64,000 nucleotides of DNA from Omnitrophica WOR_2 bacterium GWF2_43_52 (GTDB lineage Bacteria; Omnitrophota; Gorgyraeia; Gygaellales; UBA12090), in assembly GCA_001805445.1 (NCBI GenBank), contig MHGF01000003.1, positions 248,429 to 312,428 of the forward strand. Direction: 5' to 3'. Positions 48,648 to 57,562 of this stretch are shown piece by piece. Position 1 is the first letter of the stretch; every line of letters begins with the position of its first letter. Below the pieces are notes generated by a model, which saw only the letters and a program-made list of their open reading frames with translations, was not told the origin of the DNA and did no database searches. The position numbers and the translations under genes were made by a program.

Positions 48648-51600
48648 TTAACTTAGCGAATCAATGATGACCAGCGCCTCTTTTAGCTCGGGAGAGCTTT
48701 CTCGGGCGGCTTCTTCTTCCAGCTTCATAATATCCGCCAGGCAGACCAGCAAATCATCCGCCTGCTCATCCAATTCACCCTTCTGCGCGCAGGCGGCAAC
48801 CAGTTCTTTAACCCGACTTCCCGATGGAATAATGCCGGAGGCGGCCATATTCCTTATTTGGGCAAGCTCGGCTACGGTATCCATCCCCTCAAGCGCTGCC
48901 GCGCTTATCCGTGGCAGGTTAAAATCTAAACCCCGAAAACTTCCCATCGGCTGAATAGTCATAGGCAGAGCGCGGAAGTCAATACCGCCGGTTTTATCCG
49001 GAGCATTTTGCATTGAAGAACTAGCTGTTTCATAGGCAAATCCAAACTTTTCGGCAATACCTTGATCGATACTCCCTATTATCGTTGTCCCTAAACCTGT
49101 CCTCTTTAAAATATAAACATCCTCTCCCTTAAGATTTTTATTAGGTTCACTCTTAACCCAGTTAATTATTTCTGCAATTTTTGCGTCTGTCATCGTTTTC
49201 ATTTTCTCATAGACTGCGGCATACGCTTCTTTTAATGCTCGATAACTAGGCTCTTCCATATAATTTTCATCGTCTCTACCAGGCCCGGCAAGAAAATTAC
49301 GCTTTTCTACTAATTCTATCGTTTTCCTCTCTTCTTCTGTAAGTACTAGCCCATATAGGATCATCTGAAGCGTCTTTTTTAACAACTCTTCATTAAAAGG
49401 CCGCATTATCTCATATCTTGTTGTGTCGCCATAGTAATAATCTTCTACTCCACCTATCACAAGCATTCCTTCGCTAAAATTAACGGTAACTTCTGCCTCT
49501 CCGGGAGGAAGGCCTGGATCATAGTCATAGTCGAAAAATACAGAACCAACATCCGTGACAACTCCTGTTGATAAAGCTTCTTTCACCTTGTCCTTATCAA
49601 TATTTGGCTTAAATATGTTATAATTTTCCATTATCTTAGTTAATACCATAATTACAGCAGTATACGCCTCATCTGCCGATTTGGGAATATAAATATCCTT
49701 TTCACTATTCGTGTATTGTGAAAAAGACGAAATAGTTGGTTTATAGATAAATTCGAGTTTCTCAACAATGCCTCGATTAATAGTTCCGATTACCATTATT
49801 CCTGAGCCTGTTTCCTTAAGGATCCGGGCATCTTTTCCTTTAAAATATTTATTAGGCTCACTCTTAATCCAATTAATTATTTCAGTAATTTTAGCGTCTG
49901 CCAAAAGTCCGATTTCATTTTTTATTTTATAATAAGTGTCTCGCAATTTTTGCTCGGCCGCTTCCTCGGCTTCTGACGGCATACTATCGCTGCCATCACC
50001 AGCAAAAAGATTCTCTTCTTCTACAGCGTTAATCAACCATTTCTCATCTTCTGAAAGAGACATGTTATACCAACCTAAATCAAGAAAAATTTTACGAAGC
50101 TGACTTCTTAGCAGATTCTCATTTAAAGGCTTTATTACTTCATATGTTACGCTATCAATATTGTAGTAATATTTCTTGCTATCCAATACAATAACTCCTT
50201 CGCTAAAATTAACAATAACTTTGCTATCCCAAGTATAAAGAGACGTTTCAGAATCATAGTCTAAAAAGACATAACCAACATCCGTGGCAACTCTTGTTGA
50301 TAAAGCTTCACTCACCTTGTCCTTATCTATCACTGGCTTAAAGTTGTTGTATTTTCTCGTTATTTCGGTTAATACCATAATTACAGCAGCATATGCCTCA
50401 TCTGCCGATTTGGGAATATAAATATCCTTTTTACTATTGGAAAATTGAACCGAAGACGAAGCACTAAGGCGCAACTTGTTTATTATCTCCAGCATAGGAT
50501 TTATGTACGGAGTGTTTTTCTTTAAAAGTGCGTTGCCTTTTATTAGAGGTAGCAAGAGATCGCTACTAAATTCTACATCTTCTTTTTTCACTCCATCGCT
50601 GTATATTTCCGTAATACTTACATAATCTTTATTTTCAATATCTGACAATTTAACTGTTTGATAACCCCATACCTCGCCATGGCCCGGTGTTTTTTGCTGG
50701 TCCTCTATCCACTCTTTAAATTCCCGCTCGGTTTTGTTTTGACGTTCAGCATCAATCTCTTCCTTTATTCTTTTTACCTGATTCCATTCTTTCTCACTCA
50801 AGATATATGCGTATAAAGAACGAAATTCATTATTTGGGCCTTTATCATCGTCATTCTGAAACTGCCCTTCTTGGCCGATTAAAACTAATTTATTATCTAA
50901 TTTTTCCTCTATCGCATCCAAGCCCAATTCTTGAAGGATTTCCTCCTCTCCAGCTTCCTCATATGTCATACCGGAAACTACATGACCACCTAATATGGAA
51001 AATTTTTTTGACTCCGCTTTATTATGCACTCGTCTTTGCAGCAATAATTTCCCGTCTGGCGTAAAAACAAAGGCATTGGCAGTCCTATGTCTTAACCCAA
51101 ATATGTGCGTAAAACCAGCTTCGGTAACTCCTACGGCTTTATCATCCTCACCTACTATATCAGTTAACTCACCCTTAAATTTCTTGACAAACTTTGTGTC
51201 CTTAGCTTGTTTGCCTCTATCCTGCCTTATCCCTTCTATCACTTTATCAATAGTGATATATTGCTCTAAATTTACACCATTCGCAGTTAAAGAGCCTTTT
51301 AATTCTTGCAAGTGGTCCCTATAGAAATTCAAAATATCATTAAGCTCTACAGGTGTTACAGTTCCTATATTTTGAGATAACCATTTGGCTTGAGCAACGG
51401 CTTTCTCCAGATGTATCGCCGATGAGCCTATGAACTGCAATCTGACAGCACTTACATGCTGCAATGAAATAGACAACATAGGTTGGCGGCTTCCTCTTCC
51501 TTCTGGTTTACTCTCAAAAATCTTTTCTCCTCGCTTAATTTTAAAAATACCAAATAATGGCTCGTTATTCTGATATGCTGACTTAACCTTCTGAAAGGTA

Positions 51601-53924
51601 AACTCCTCAAGTTTTAAATCCTTTAACATCTGTACTTGTGCAGGTTTTAATTGTGCTGCTATTTTATCGCCTTTCTCGTTTAACTCTGCAAATTCAATCC
51701 ACCATTTTATGTCTTCATTGTTTTTATCTTCAGTCTCAGCAACAAAAGCAAGCATACAGAACATCTTCAGGATAAGATCAAGCTTCTCTTGAGGATTATT
51801 AATGCCTTTAATAATGCTCTCGGTAAAGGCTAAACCATAATCAAGAGCATCTAAATTCTCGCCTAATTGCTTTTTGAATACGGTTGCATCCTTTGAACCA
51901 AGGGCTTTATATAATTCAGATAACTTCCCGGATATTAACTGCACATCTCCATACCCAAGTCTAGAGAGCTTTCGCAATCTATAGAGTAAAAACTCAGCTT
52001 TTCTTTGTTGTAATGTCATAAGATTAGTATCTATGTAATATTCTGCTCTCTCGTTATCCATCATCCCGATCCCGTCACAAAAAGTAATAATGGCTAACGC
52101 CCCAAGCAGTTCATCCTTATTATCTTTTAATTCGTTCGGCAACTTATCTAGAAGCCTTAACAAGCGATGCGGGGTTCTTTCGCCGAAAAACATAGTGCCC
52201 ACCGCTACATGCTGGCCAATAAGCCATTTTACTTTTTCAATGAAAAGTATATCTTTTTGATAATAAACTGGCAGATTATTACCAATCCAAGCAGCCCCTT
52301 TATCTTCATGGCCTACAGTGCCATCATGAGTCCCAATATCATGCAACAAGACAGTTAAAAAGATTAATTCCTTATCTTTAGGATTAGAAAATAGGTTGCT
52401 GAATAATTGAATGTATTTATTTATAGCCACAGGGTCCATTAACCCATTTCTAGCTTTATTAATGCCAGCAACATTATTACTCCTAACCATCTCTATCGTC
52501 TCTATAACTTCAAGGGTGTGCTTAAACATATTACTATTCCATTTTTTAACACCCTCCAGCTTATCAAAATCAGGGAACACCTTTCCTATTGCGCTTATTC
52601 CAGCCTCGGATTTTTCAGCCATGCTCAAAATATCTGCATAAATATTTGTAGATATGCGCAAGGTATTTTGCAAATTTTGAAAATTCTTAATAGAGCTATC
52701 TGATTCTTTATCAGAATCTTCTATCGACGAAGACACTGCAACAGCTGGTTGCAGGCTTATATTCAGCAGATTGGTGGCAACGCCACTTATTTTTATGCCC
52801 GGCAATTTATCAAAAATATCATTGTCAAATATAGCGCCGTTTTCAGTATTAATCGCGCTACTAGCCCAGCTTATCCCGCCGCTTACATAAGCTCTACGCA
52901 CTACCTGGCCCGTAGGGGTGTAAACCTGCTCCTTGAGGTTGTATTCACCCTTAGAGAAGGATTGCTGGTATTGCTTGAAATACTCCGTCTTAGACCAGGG
53001 TTCTTGGGAAGTTAAATTGGTGAGATTTTGGGTATTGATAAGTGAGGCGTAGGCGCCGGGTTTGCCGCTGAAACGCGATTTAAACCATCTGGAGAGGATA
53101 AGAGAATAATAGACCTGCCTTAAAGAGGCGTATCTCTTGGCCGAGTTCACCTCTCTGGTAAGCTTGGGAATAATCAATTCCTTAATTAGCTGGGTTGAGT
53201 ATTCGTTAAGCTCTTTTAGCCTGAGGTCGGAAAAGCGGTAACCGCTTCCCACACCCCCGCGGTGTGGGTTCAACACCGCGGGGGTGTGCTCGGTTAGATA
53301 GTCTTCTTCCAGCATTACCTTTAGGACAGCCTTATACACATAGGCGCTGTCTTTAGACTCCCGGACGATTATCTCACCTGGCACTATCCAGGGACGGGTG
53401 AGGGTAGGAATACTTATATTCTCACTTCCATAAAGTTCTCCCGCCTTTTTATACAGCTTATCCCAATAGGCCTTGCCTTCAGAAGTTTGGGGAGAAGTAA
53501 AGCTGGCAGTGTCCTTCTTTAATTGCAGGTCTGCCTCAAGCATAATCCTGCCTACATCGGTCTTTTCTAAGTACGAGTCTATAATTTGGTCTTCCGAATC
53601 CGGTCTTAAGTTTACCCAGAACATATCATCCGGCAGGGCTACTCCCACAAGAAAATAGCTCAATAAATCCTTGGCTTCCTCTTTAGCCCTTGTATCTTCA
53701 AGATTAGCCAAATCCCCCCTATCCAAGAGTAGCTTAAAATGATCACTGGCAGTGTCATAGGAAAAATAACGCAGATGCACGGGGCGAAATTTATCCAGTA
53801 ACAAGCTCCCTGCGGCCTTTGATAAGTAATTTGCGACATTCAAATCAACTGCTACCTGGGCAAAGCTTGCTTGCTGAAACAGTAGGCCAATGCTTAAAAC
53901 CAGTGAAAGTATTTTGCGCGACAT
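48648..53924 (-). CDS. giant exported multidomain protein (1758 aa): signal peptide + HD phosphohydrolase domain + NUDIX hydrolase domain + two tandem ~243-aa modules of unknown function
   Basis: N-terminal Sec signal MSRKILSLVLSIGLLFQQASFA-QV. HD motif H...LLHDIGTHDG...H...D (DNA ~52000-52500). NUDIX box GGHVVSGMTYEEAGEEEILQELG preceded by RTANAFVF...GKLLLQRR (DNA ~50700-51080). Tandem duplicated modules each start ...S.KDIYIPKSADEAY(A/T)AVIMVLT. GGAGG RBS 7 nt upstream of the ATG. Confidence 0.7.
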   Translation of the reverse strand: MSRKILSLVLSIGLLFQQASFAQVAVDLNVANYLSKAAGSLLLDKFRPVHLRYFSYDTASDHFKLLLDRGDLANLEDTRAKEEAKDLLSYFLVGVALPDDMFWVNLRPDSEDQIIDSYLEKTDVGRIMLEADLQLKKDTASFTSPQTSEGKAYWDKLYKKAGELYGSENISIPTLTRPWIVPGEIIVRESKDSAYVYKAVLKVMLEEDYLTEHTPAVLNPHRGGVGSGYRFSDLRLKELNEYSTQLIKELIIPKLTREVNSAKRYASLRQVYYSLILSRWFKSRFSGKPGAYASLINTQNLTNLTSQEPWSKTEYFKQYQQSFSKGEYNLKEQVYTPTGQVVRRAYVSGGISWASSAINTENGAIFDNDIFDKLPGIKISGVATNLLNISLQPAVAVSSSIEDSDKESDSSIKNFQNLQNTLRISTNIYADILSMAEKSEAGISAIGKVFPDFDKLEGVKKWNSNMFKHTLEVIETIEMVRSNNVAGINKARNGLMDPVAINKYIQLFSNLFSNPKDKELIFLTVLLHDIGTHDGTVGHEDKGAAWIGNNLPVYYQKDILFIEKVKWLIGQHVAVGTMFFGERTPHRLLRLLDKLPNELKDNKDELLGALAIITFCDGIGMMDNERAEYYIDTNLMTLQQRKAEFLLYRLRKLSRLGYGDVQLISGKLSELYKALGSKDATVFKKQLGENLDALDYGLAFTESIIKGINNPQEKLDLILKMFCMLAFVAETEDKNNEDIKWWIEFAELNEKGDKIAAQLKPAQVQMLKDLKLEEFTFQKVKSAYQNNEPLFGIFKIKRGEKIFESKPEGRGSRQPMLSISLQHVSAVRLQFIGSSAIHLEKAVAQAKWLSQNIGTVTPVELNDILNFYRDHLQELKGSLTANGVNLEQYITIDKVIEGIRQDRGKQAKDTKFVKKFKGELTDIVGEDDKAVGVTEAGFTHIFGLRHRTANAFVFTPDGKLLLQRRVHNKAESKKFSILGGHVVSGMTYEEAGEEEILQELGLDAIEEKLDNKLVLIGQEGQFQNDDDKGPNNEFRSLYAYILSEKEWNQVKRIKEEIDAERQNKTEREFKEWIEDQQKTPGHGEVWGYQTVKLSDIENKDYVSITEIYSDGVKKEDVEFSSDLLLPLIKGNALLKKNTPYINPMLEIINKLRLSASSSVQFSNSKKDIYIPKSADEAYAAVIMVLTEITRKYNNFKPVIDKDKVSEALSTRVATDVGYVFLDYDSETSLYTWDSKVIVNFSEGVIVLDSKKYYYNIDSVTYEVIKPLNENLLRSQLRKIFLDLGWYNMSLSEDEKWLINAVEEENLFAGDGSDSMPSEAEEAAEQKLRDTYYKIKNEIGLLADAKITEIINWIKSEPNKYFKGKDARILKETGSGIMVIGTINRGIVEKLEFIYKPTISSFSQYTNSEKDIYIPKSADEAYTAVIMVLTKIMENYNIFKPNIDKDKVKEALSTGVVTDVGSVFFDYDYDPGLPPGEAEVTVNFSEGMLVIGGVEDYYYGDTTRYEIMRPFNEELLKKTLQMILYGLVLTEEERKTIELVEKRNFLAGPGRDDENYMEEPSYRALKEAYAAVYEKMKTMTDAKIAEIINWVKSEPNKNLKGEDVYILKRTGLGTTIIGSIDQGIAEKFGFAYETASSSMQNAPDKTGGIDFRALPMTIQPMGSFRGLDFNLPRISAAALEGMDTVAELAQIRNMAASGIIPSGSRVKELVAACAQKGELDEQADDLLVCLADIMKLEEEAARESSPELKEALVIIDSLS
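49000..50470 (-). repeat. in-frame tandem duplication (two ~728-bp units plus a partial third start) inside the giant gene
   Basis: A 35-nt identical stretch, gcctcatctgccgatttgggaatataaatatcctt, starts at 49667 and at 50395 (728 bp apart). Flanking protein sequence is ~60% identical over ~243 aa between the two units. Confidence 0.8.
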
Positions 53925-54056
53925 AATTCGCCTCCTTACTATTGTCTGACATTAAACTATAATAGTGTCAGAGATTTCATCTCCCATTTACTTTTTTCAT
54001 TAATAAGCTGTTTATTAAAGTATTAACTAGTTATCACTGAAAAAGCGTCTTTTAAA

Positions 54057-54135
54057 CACGAATTCCCACGAATTACACACTAATCATCACGAATACAACG
54101 ACGAAGTAATTCGTGTGTATTTGTGTCTATTCGTG
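54057..54135. promoter_or_regulatory. helically phased array of five CACGAAT heptamers (three direct, two inverted) upstream of the giant gene
   Basis: CACGAATT at 54057 and 54067, CACGAATA at 54088, inverted AATTCGTG at 54108 and TATTCGTG at 54128. Spacing 10, 21, 20, 20 bp. Lies in an AT-rich 420-bp intergenic region. Confidence 0.5.
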
Positions 54136-54343
54136 CAAAATAAAGGTTTTTCAGCGGTAACTAATTACCTATAAAATAAAAAAACCGGAATGCCGACCCT
54201 ATTATATTTTCGTGGCAATCCGGTATATATAACCGTATTGGGCGTTTCGCACCTCCATGCGAAAACGCTTTCTTATTTTAAATTCTATTTAAAGTTTACC
54301 ATAAAAGTGCATAATGTCAAGTTTTTTATGATTAATCAAACCC

Positions 54344-54574
54344 CTATAAATTATTAAGCATGGATATATATTCCTCTTTGCTTATTCCTAATACACGCAG
54401 ATTATTCAAAATGATAAAAACTGGAATATCCTTAATGGCTGGGATAACTATGGGCCGCTTTAGATTTGCCTTACGGTAGATTCGGTGATCCCCTTTCTGC
54501 CTGACAAATTCACAACCGATATACCTTAAGAACTTATCAAATCTTCTGTAGTCTACAGGATTTAAGCGGGACAC
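54344..54574 (-). CDS. hicA: HicA-like toxin (YcfA family mRNA interferase), probable GTG start
   Basis: FDKFLRYIGCEFVRQKGDHRIYRK ... PIVIPAIKDIPVFIILNNLRVLGI matches the HicA pattern (GFxxxRQKGSHxxxxxP ... G). The 105-aa ORF is too long for HicA. A GTG at 54574 gives 77 aa. Confidence 0.55.
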   Translation of the reverse strand: MSRLNPVDYRRFDKFLRYIGCEFVRQKGDHRIYRKANLKRPIVIPAIKDIPVFIILNNLRVLGISKEEYISMLNNL

Positions 54575-54864
54575 GGCAGTCGTACTTCTTCCTGGGTTTG
54601 CCCTATATATACGGGCGGTAACCACATTTTCTGCGGATGGCCTACTTTCTTCCAACCACACTCAAGAAGAACATCCTCAATGGTTCCCATCTTGTCGGTT
54701 TCTTCAAGAAAAAGCTGAAGCGCATCCTCAAACCTTCCTTTAGCCTGTTCCTGAGTATCTCCACAAGTGGAAAGGTCCAATGCAGGACTATAAGCAATAA
54801 ACTTTTCACCTTCTCTATAAAACACTACATTTAAGCTGACCTTCTGGAATTTTAACTTTGCCAT
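54562..54864 (-). CDS. hicB: HicB-like antitoxin (UPF0150 N-terminal domain only)
   Basis: KFQKVSLNVVFYREGEKFIAYSPALDLSTCGDTQEQAKGRFEDALQLFLEE matches the HicB N-domain. It overlaps the downstream hicA-like start. Confidence 0.55.
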   Translation of the reverse strand: MAKLKFQKVSLNVVFYREGEKFIAYSPALDLSTCGDTQEQAKGRFEDALQLFLEETDKMGTIEDVLLECGWKKVGHPQKMWLPPVYIGQTQEEVRLPCPA

Positions 54865-54925
54865 CTTTTCTCCCTTCATAAATAAGGATACCATATTCGC
54901 ATTAAAAAATCAATATTTTGGAATA

Positions 54926-55753
54926 TCATGGCCGTTTGGGGAAGCGGGAGAAGTCGGGTTTTCTTTTTGCTACAAAGGCGTTGCGGCCTTCCTGGCCTTC
55001 TTCGGTCATATAAAAAAGCATAGTGGCATTGCCGGCTAATTCCTGCAGGCCTGCCTGGCCGTCGCAGTCCGCGTTTAAGGCTGATTTAAGGCAGCGAATA
55101 GCGATTGGTGAATTCGCCAGGATTTCCCGGCACCACTTAATGGTTTCTTTTTCCAAATCCTTTAAGGCTACAACCTTATTCACTAACCCCATGGTGAGGG
55201 CTTCCTTAGCGTTATACTGGCGGCATAAAAACCAGATTTCCCGCGCCTTCTTCTGGCCCACCACCCGCGCCAAATAAGAGGCGCCATAGCCGCCGTCAAA
55301 TGAGCCTACCTTTGGCCCGGTTTGGCCGAAGATAGCGTTGTCCGCGGCAATAGTAATGTCCGCCATAAGGGCTAAAATATTCCCCCCGCCAATCGCATAA
55401 CCTGCAACCATGGCAATTATCGGTTTTGGGCAAGTCCTCATCTGGCGCTGGAAATCAAGCACATTCAACCGCTCAACGCCTTTTCCATCCTTATAGCCGG
55501 CATCTCCTCGTATCTTCTGATCACCGCCTGAACAAAAGGCGCGGCTGCCTTTACCGGTGAGAATTATTACCCCGATTTTCTCATCATTACGCGCATCGTC
55601 TAATGCTTTGGACATCTCAATCACGGTAAGAGGGCGAAAGGCATTATGCACCTGGGGGCGATTTATGGTTATTTTGGCGATTTCCTCTGACTTTGCATAT
55701 TCTATATCGGTAAACTGAAGCATTTTTGTCCATTTAGCTCTTTGCTTCTTCAT
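54926..55753 (-). CDS. menB: 1,4-dihydroxy-2-naphthoyl-CoA synthase
   Basis: Crotonase-fold MenB similarity (FCSGGDQK ... GYAIGGG), 275 aa. Confidence 0.9.
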   Translation of the reverse strand: MKKQRAKWTKMLQFTDIEYAKSEEIAKITINRPQVHNAFRPLTVIEMSKALDDARNDEKIGVIILTGKGSRAFCSGGDQKIRGDAGYKDGKGVERLNVLDFQRQMRTCPKPIIAMVAGYAIGGGNILALMADITIAADNAIFGQTGPKVGSFDGGYGASYLARVVGQKKAREIWFLCRQYNAKEALTMGLVNKVVALKDLEKETIKWCREILANSPIAIRCLKSALNADCDGQAGLQELAGNATMLFYMTEEGQEGRNAFVAKRKPDFSRFPKRP

Positions 55754-55788
55754 TTTCTAAGTCTCCTAATTAATGCCAGGCATTGTTC

Positions 55789-57552
55789 CTACCTTTTAAG
55801 ACAAATTCGGATCGTATTTTGTAGAGAACATATCGCCTTGTAATTTTCCTCGCGATTAGCTTCTATTTCAATAATGGTTGCTCCATTCTTCCCTAAGGCC
55901 TGGCGGTAAGCATCAGTGAATTCCTTTACTACCTTTACCTTGACATAGCCTATCTGAAACATCTTTGCTGCCATCTCAAAACTAAAGGTATGTGCCGCGG
56001 CAAAATATTTCTCAAAGACATTCGGGAATCCGGAAATCGGTAAAAATGAGAAAATCCCGCCTCCGCGGTCATTGATTACGATAATGACAAACGGAGTTTT
56101 CAATTCCTTTAGAAGCGCCAGAGAATTAAGATCGTGGAGAAACGCCAAATCCCCAAGAAGCGCCACTACCGGTTTAGCTAAGCCGTCAGCAAACCCTATT
56201 GCCGAAGCAAGGTTACCGTCAATACCGCTTGCCCCCCGGTTAGCTCCCACACAGCACAAATTCTTATTCACCCCGGCAAACATGTCCATAATCCGAATAG
56301 GCATACTATTAGCCAAAAAGAGCCCTGTTTCCTGAAAGGGTATCTGGCTTATAGCCTGCGCCAAGGCATCAGGAGTAAGCGCTGTTGTTTCTTTCACCCG
56401 CGCGAAAAGGCGTTGAGAAACGCGTTCTGATGCCTTTTGTAACCGCGCGGTAAAATCATTTCTCTTGCGCTGTTTCAAAAACTGCTTGATAGCCCCGCAA
56501 AAATAGGAAACTGAACATTCAACTCGCGTTGTCAGGCAATGTAAAGGGTCATTACGCAAGGGATGATTGAGCACGGTAATATAAGGAAGAGGAGTAATCT
56601 TTTTAATAAACTCATACCAGCGGCTTGAGGTTAATCGTCCTCCCAGATGCAGAACGCCATCAGGTCTATAGCGAGTTACTAAGGCAGGCTCAAGCAGGAG
56701 CTGGTCAAAATAATGAATGATTGAGGCATCTTTACTCTTCAGGCGTAATCCAGAAGTTATGTCAGCAAAAACCGGCCATTGCAGGGTGCGCGCAAGGGCC
56801 AGGACACTCTTTTCCTCTCCACTCTTTAATTTCCCCACGGCGATAATTCCCCGTTTCATCGCGCTAAGCTCTTGAGCGACATTCTTAAGCTCCTTTAATG
56901 ACAACCTTTTCTCATAAGGCTTATAACGCGTAAAGGGGAGGGAATTTTTTAGCCAATGGCTAAGGGACTTTACGTTCCCGGGAGTGAATCCTTTTTCCTT
57001 TATCGGGGTAAGAGGCTCGCGGAACATACAATTAATATGCACAGGGCCGGGATAATTGGCGCGCGCCCGATATACCGCTTGATCAATCGTAGTTAACACC
57101 GCCTCCAAAGGCATCTCTTTTGATGGGCAAGGCATATCAAAGAAAAAACGCGCGTAATCGCCAAAAATCTTCACCTGGTCAATGGTTTGGTTGGCGCCGG
57201 TATTACGCAGTTCAGGGGGGCGGTCAGCCGTCAGGATAATCAAGGGAAGCTTTTTCTTAGATGCCTCAATAATCGCCGGGTAAAAATTGGCAACCGCTGT
57301 GCCTGAGGTCGCGATAAGACAGGCAGTTTTGCCGCTTGAGGCAACATAACCTAAGGCATAATAGGCTAAGCCCCGCTCATCAAAATGGATACAGCTTTTG
57401 GCGCGCTTATTCTCGGCAACCGCGACTACCAGCGGCCCTGAACGCGAACCGGGAGCAATACAAAAATACTCAACCCCGCAGCGCGTTAGCTCCTCAATAA
57501 TAAGCCTTCCCCAGAGATGGTTTATATTTTTTGCTTTAGAAAAACTAACCAT
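55789..57552 (-). CDS. menD: 2-succinyl-5-enolpyruvyl-6-hydroxy-3-cyclohexene-1-carboxylate synthase
   Basis: TPP-enzyme layout (GSRSGPL ... GDLAFLHDLN). Start placed at Met37 (MVSFSK) to avoid overlapping menF. Confidence 0.8.
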   Translation of the reverse strand: MVSFSKAKNINHLWGRLIIEELTRCGVEYFCIAPGSRSGPLVVAVAENKRAKSCIHFDERGLAYYALGYVASSGKTACLIATSGTAVANFYPAIIEASKKKLPLIILTADRPPELRNTGANQTIDQVKIFGDYARFFFDMPCPSKEMPLEAVLTTIDQAVYRARANYPGPVHINCMFREPLTPIKEKGFTPGNVKSLSHWLKNSLPFTRYKPYEKRLSLKELKNVAQELSAMKRGIIAVGKLKSGEEKSVLALARTLQWPVFADITSGLRLKSKDASIIHYFDQLLLEPALVTRYRPDGVLHLGGRLTSSRWYEFIKKITPLPYITVLNHPLRNDPLHCLTTRVECSVSYFCGAIKQFLKQRKRNDFTARLQKASERVSQRLFARVKETTALTPDALAQAISQIPFQETGLFLANSMPIRIMDMFAGVNKNLCCVGANRGASGIDGNLASAIGFADGLAKPVVALLGDLAFLHDLNSLALLKELKTPFVIIVINDRGGGIFSFLPISGFPNVFEKYFAAAHTFSFEMAAKMFQIGYVKVKVVKEFTDAYRQALGKNGATIIEIEANREENYKAICSLQNTIRICLKR

Positions 57553-57562
57553 ATATTTTCCC

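Noticed and set aside
49000-50470. Possible CRISPR-like repeat array
   Set aside because: The repeats are long (728 bp), diverged, in-frame and protein-coding. There are no short direct repeats with unique spacers anywhere in the window.
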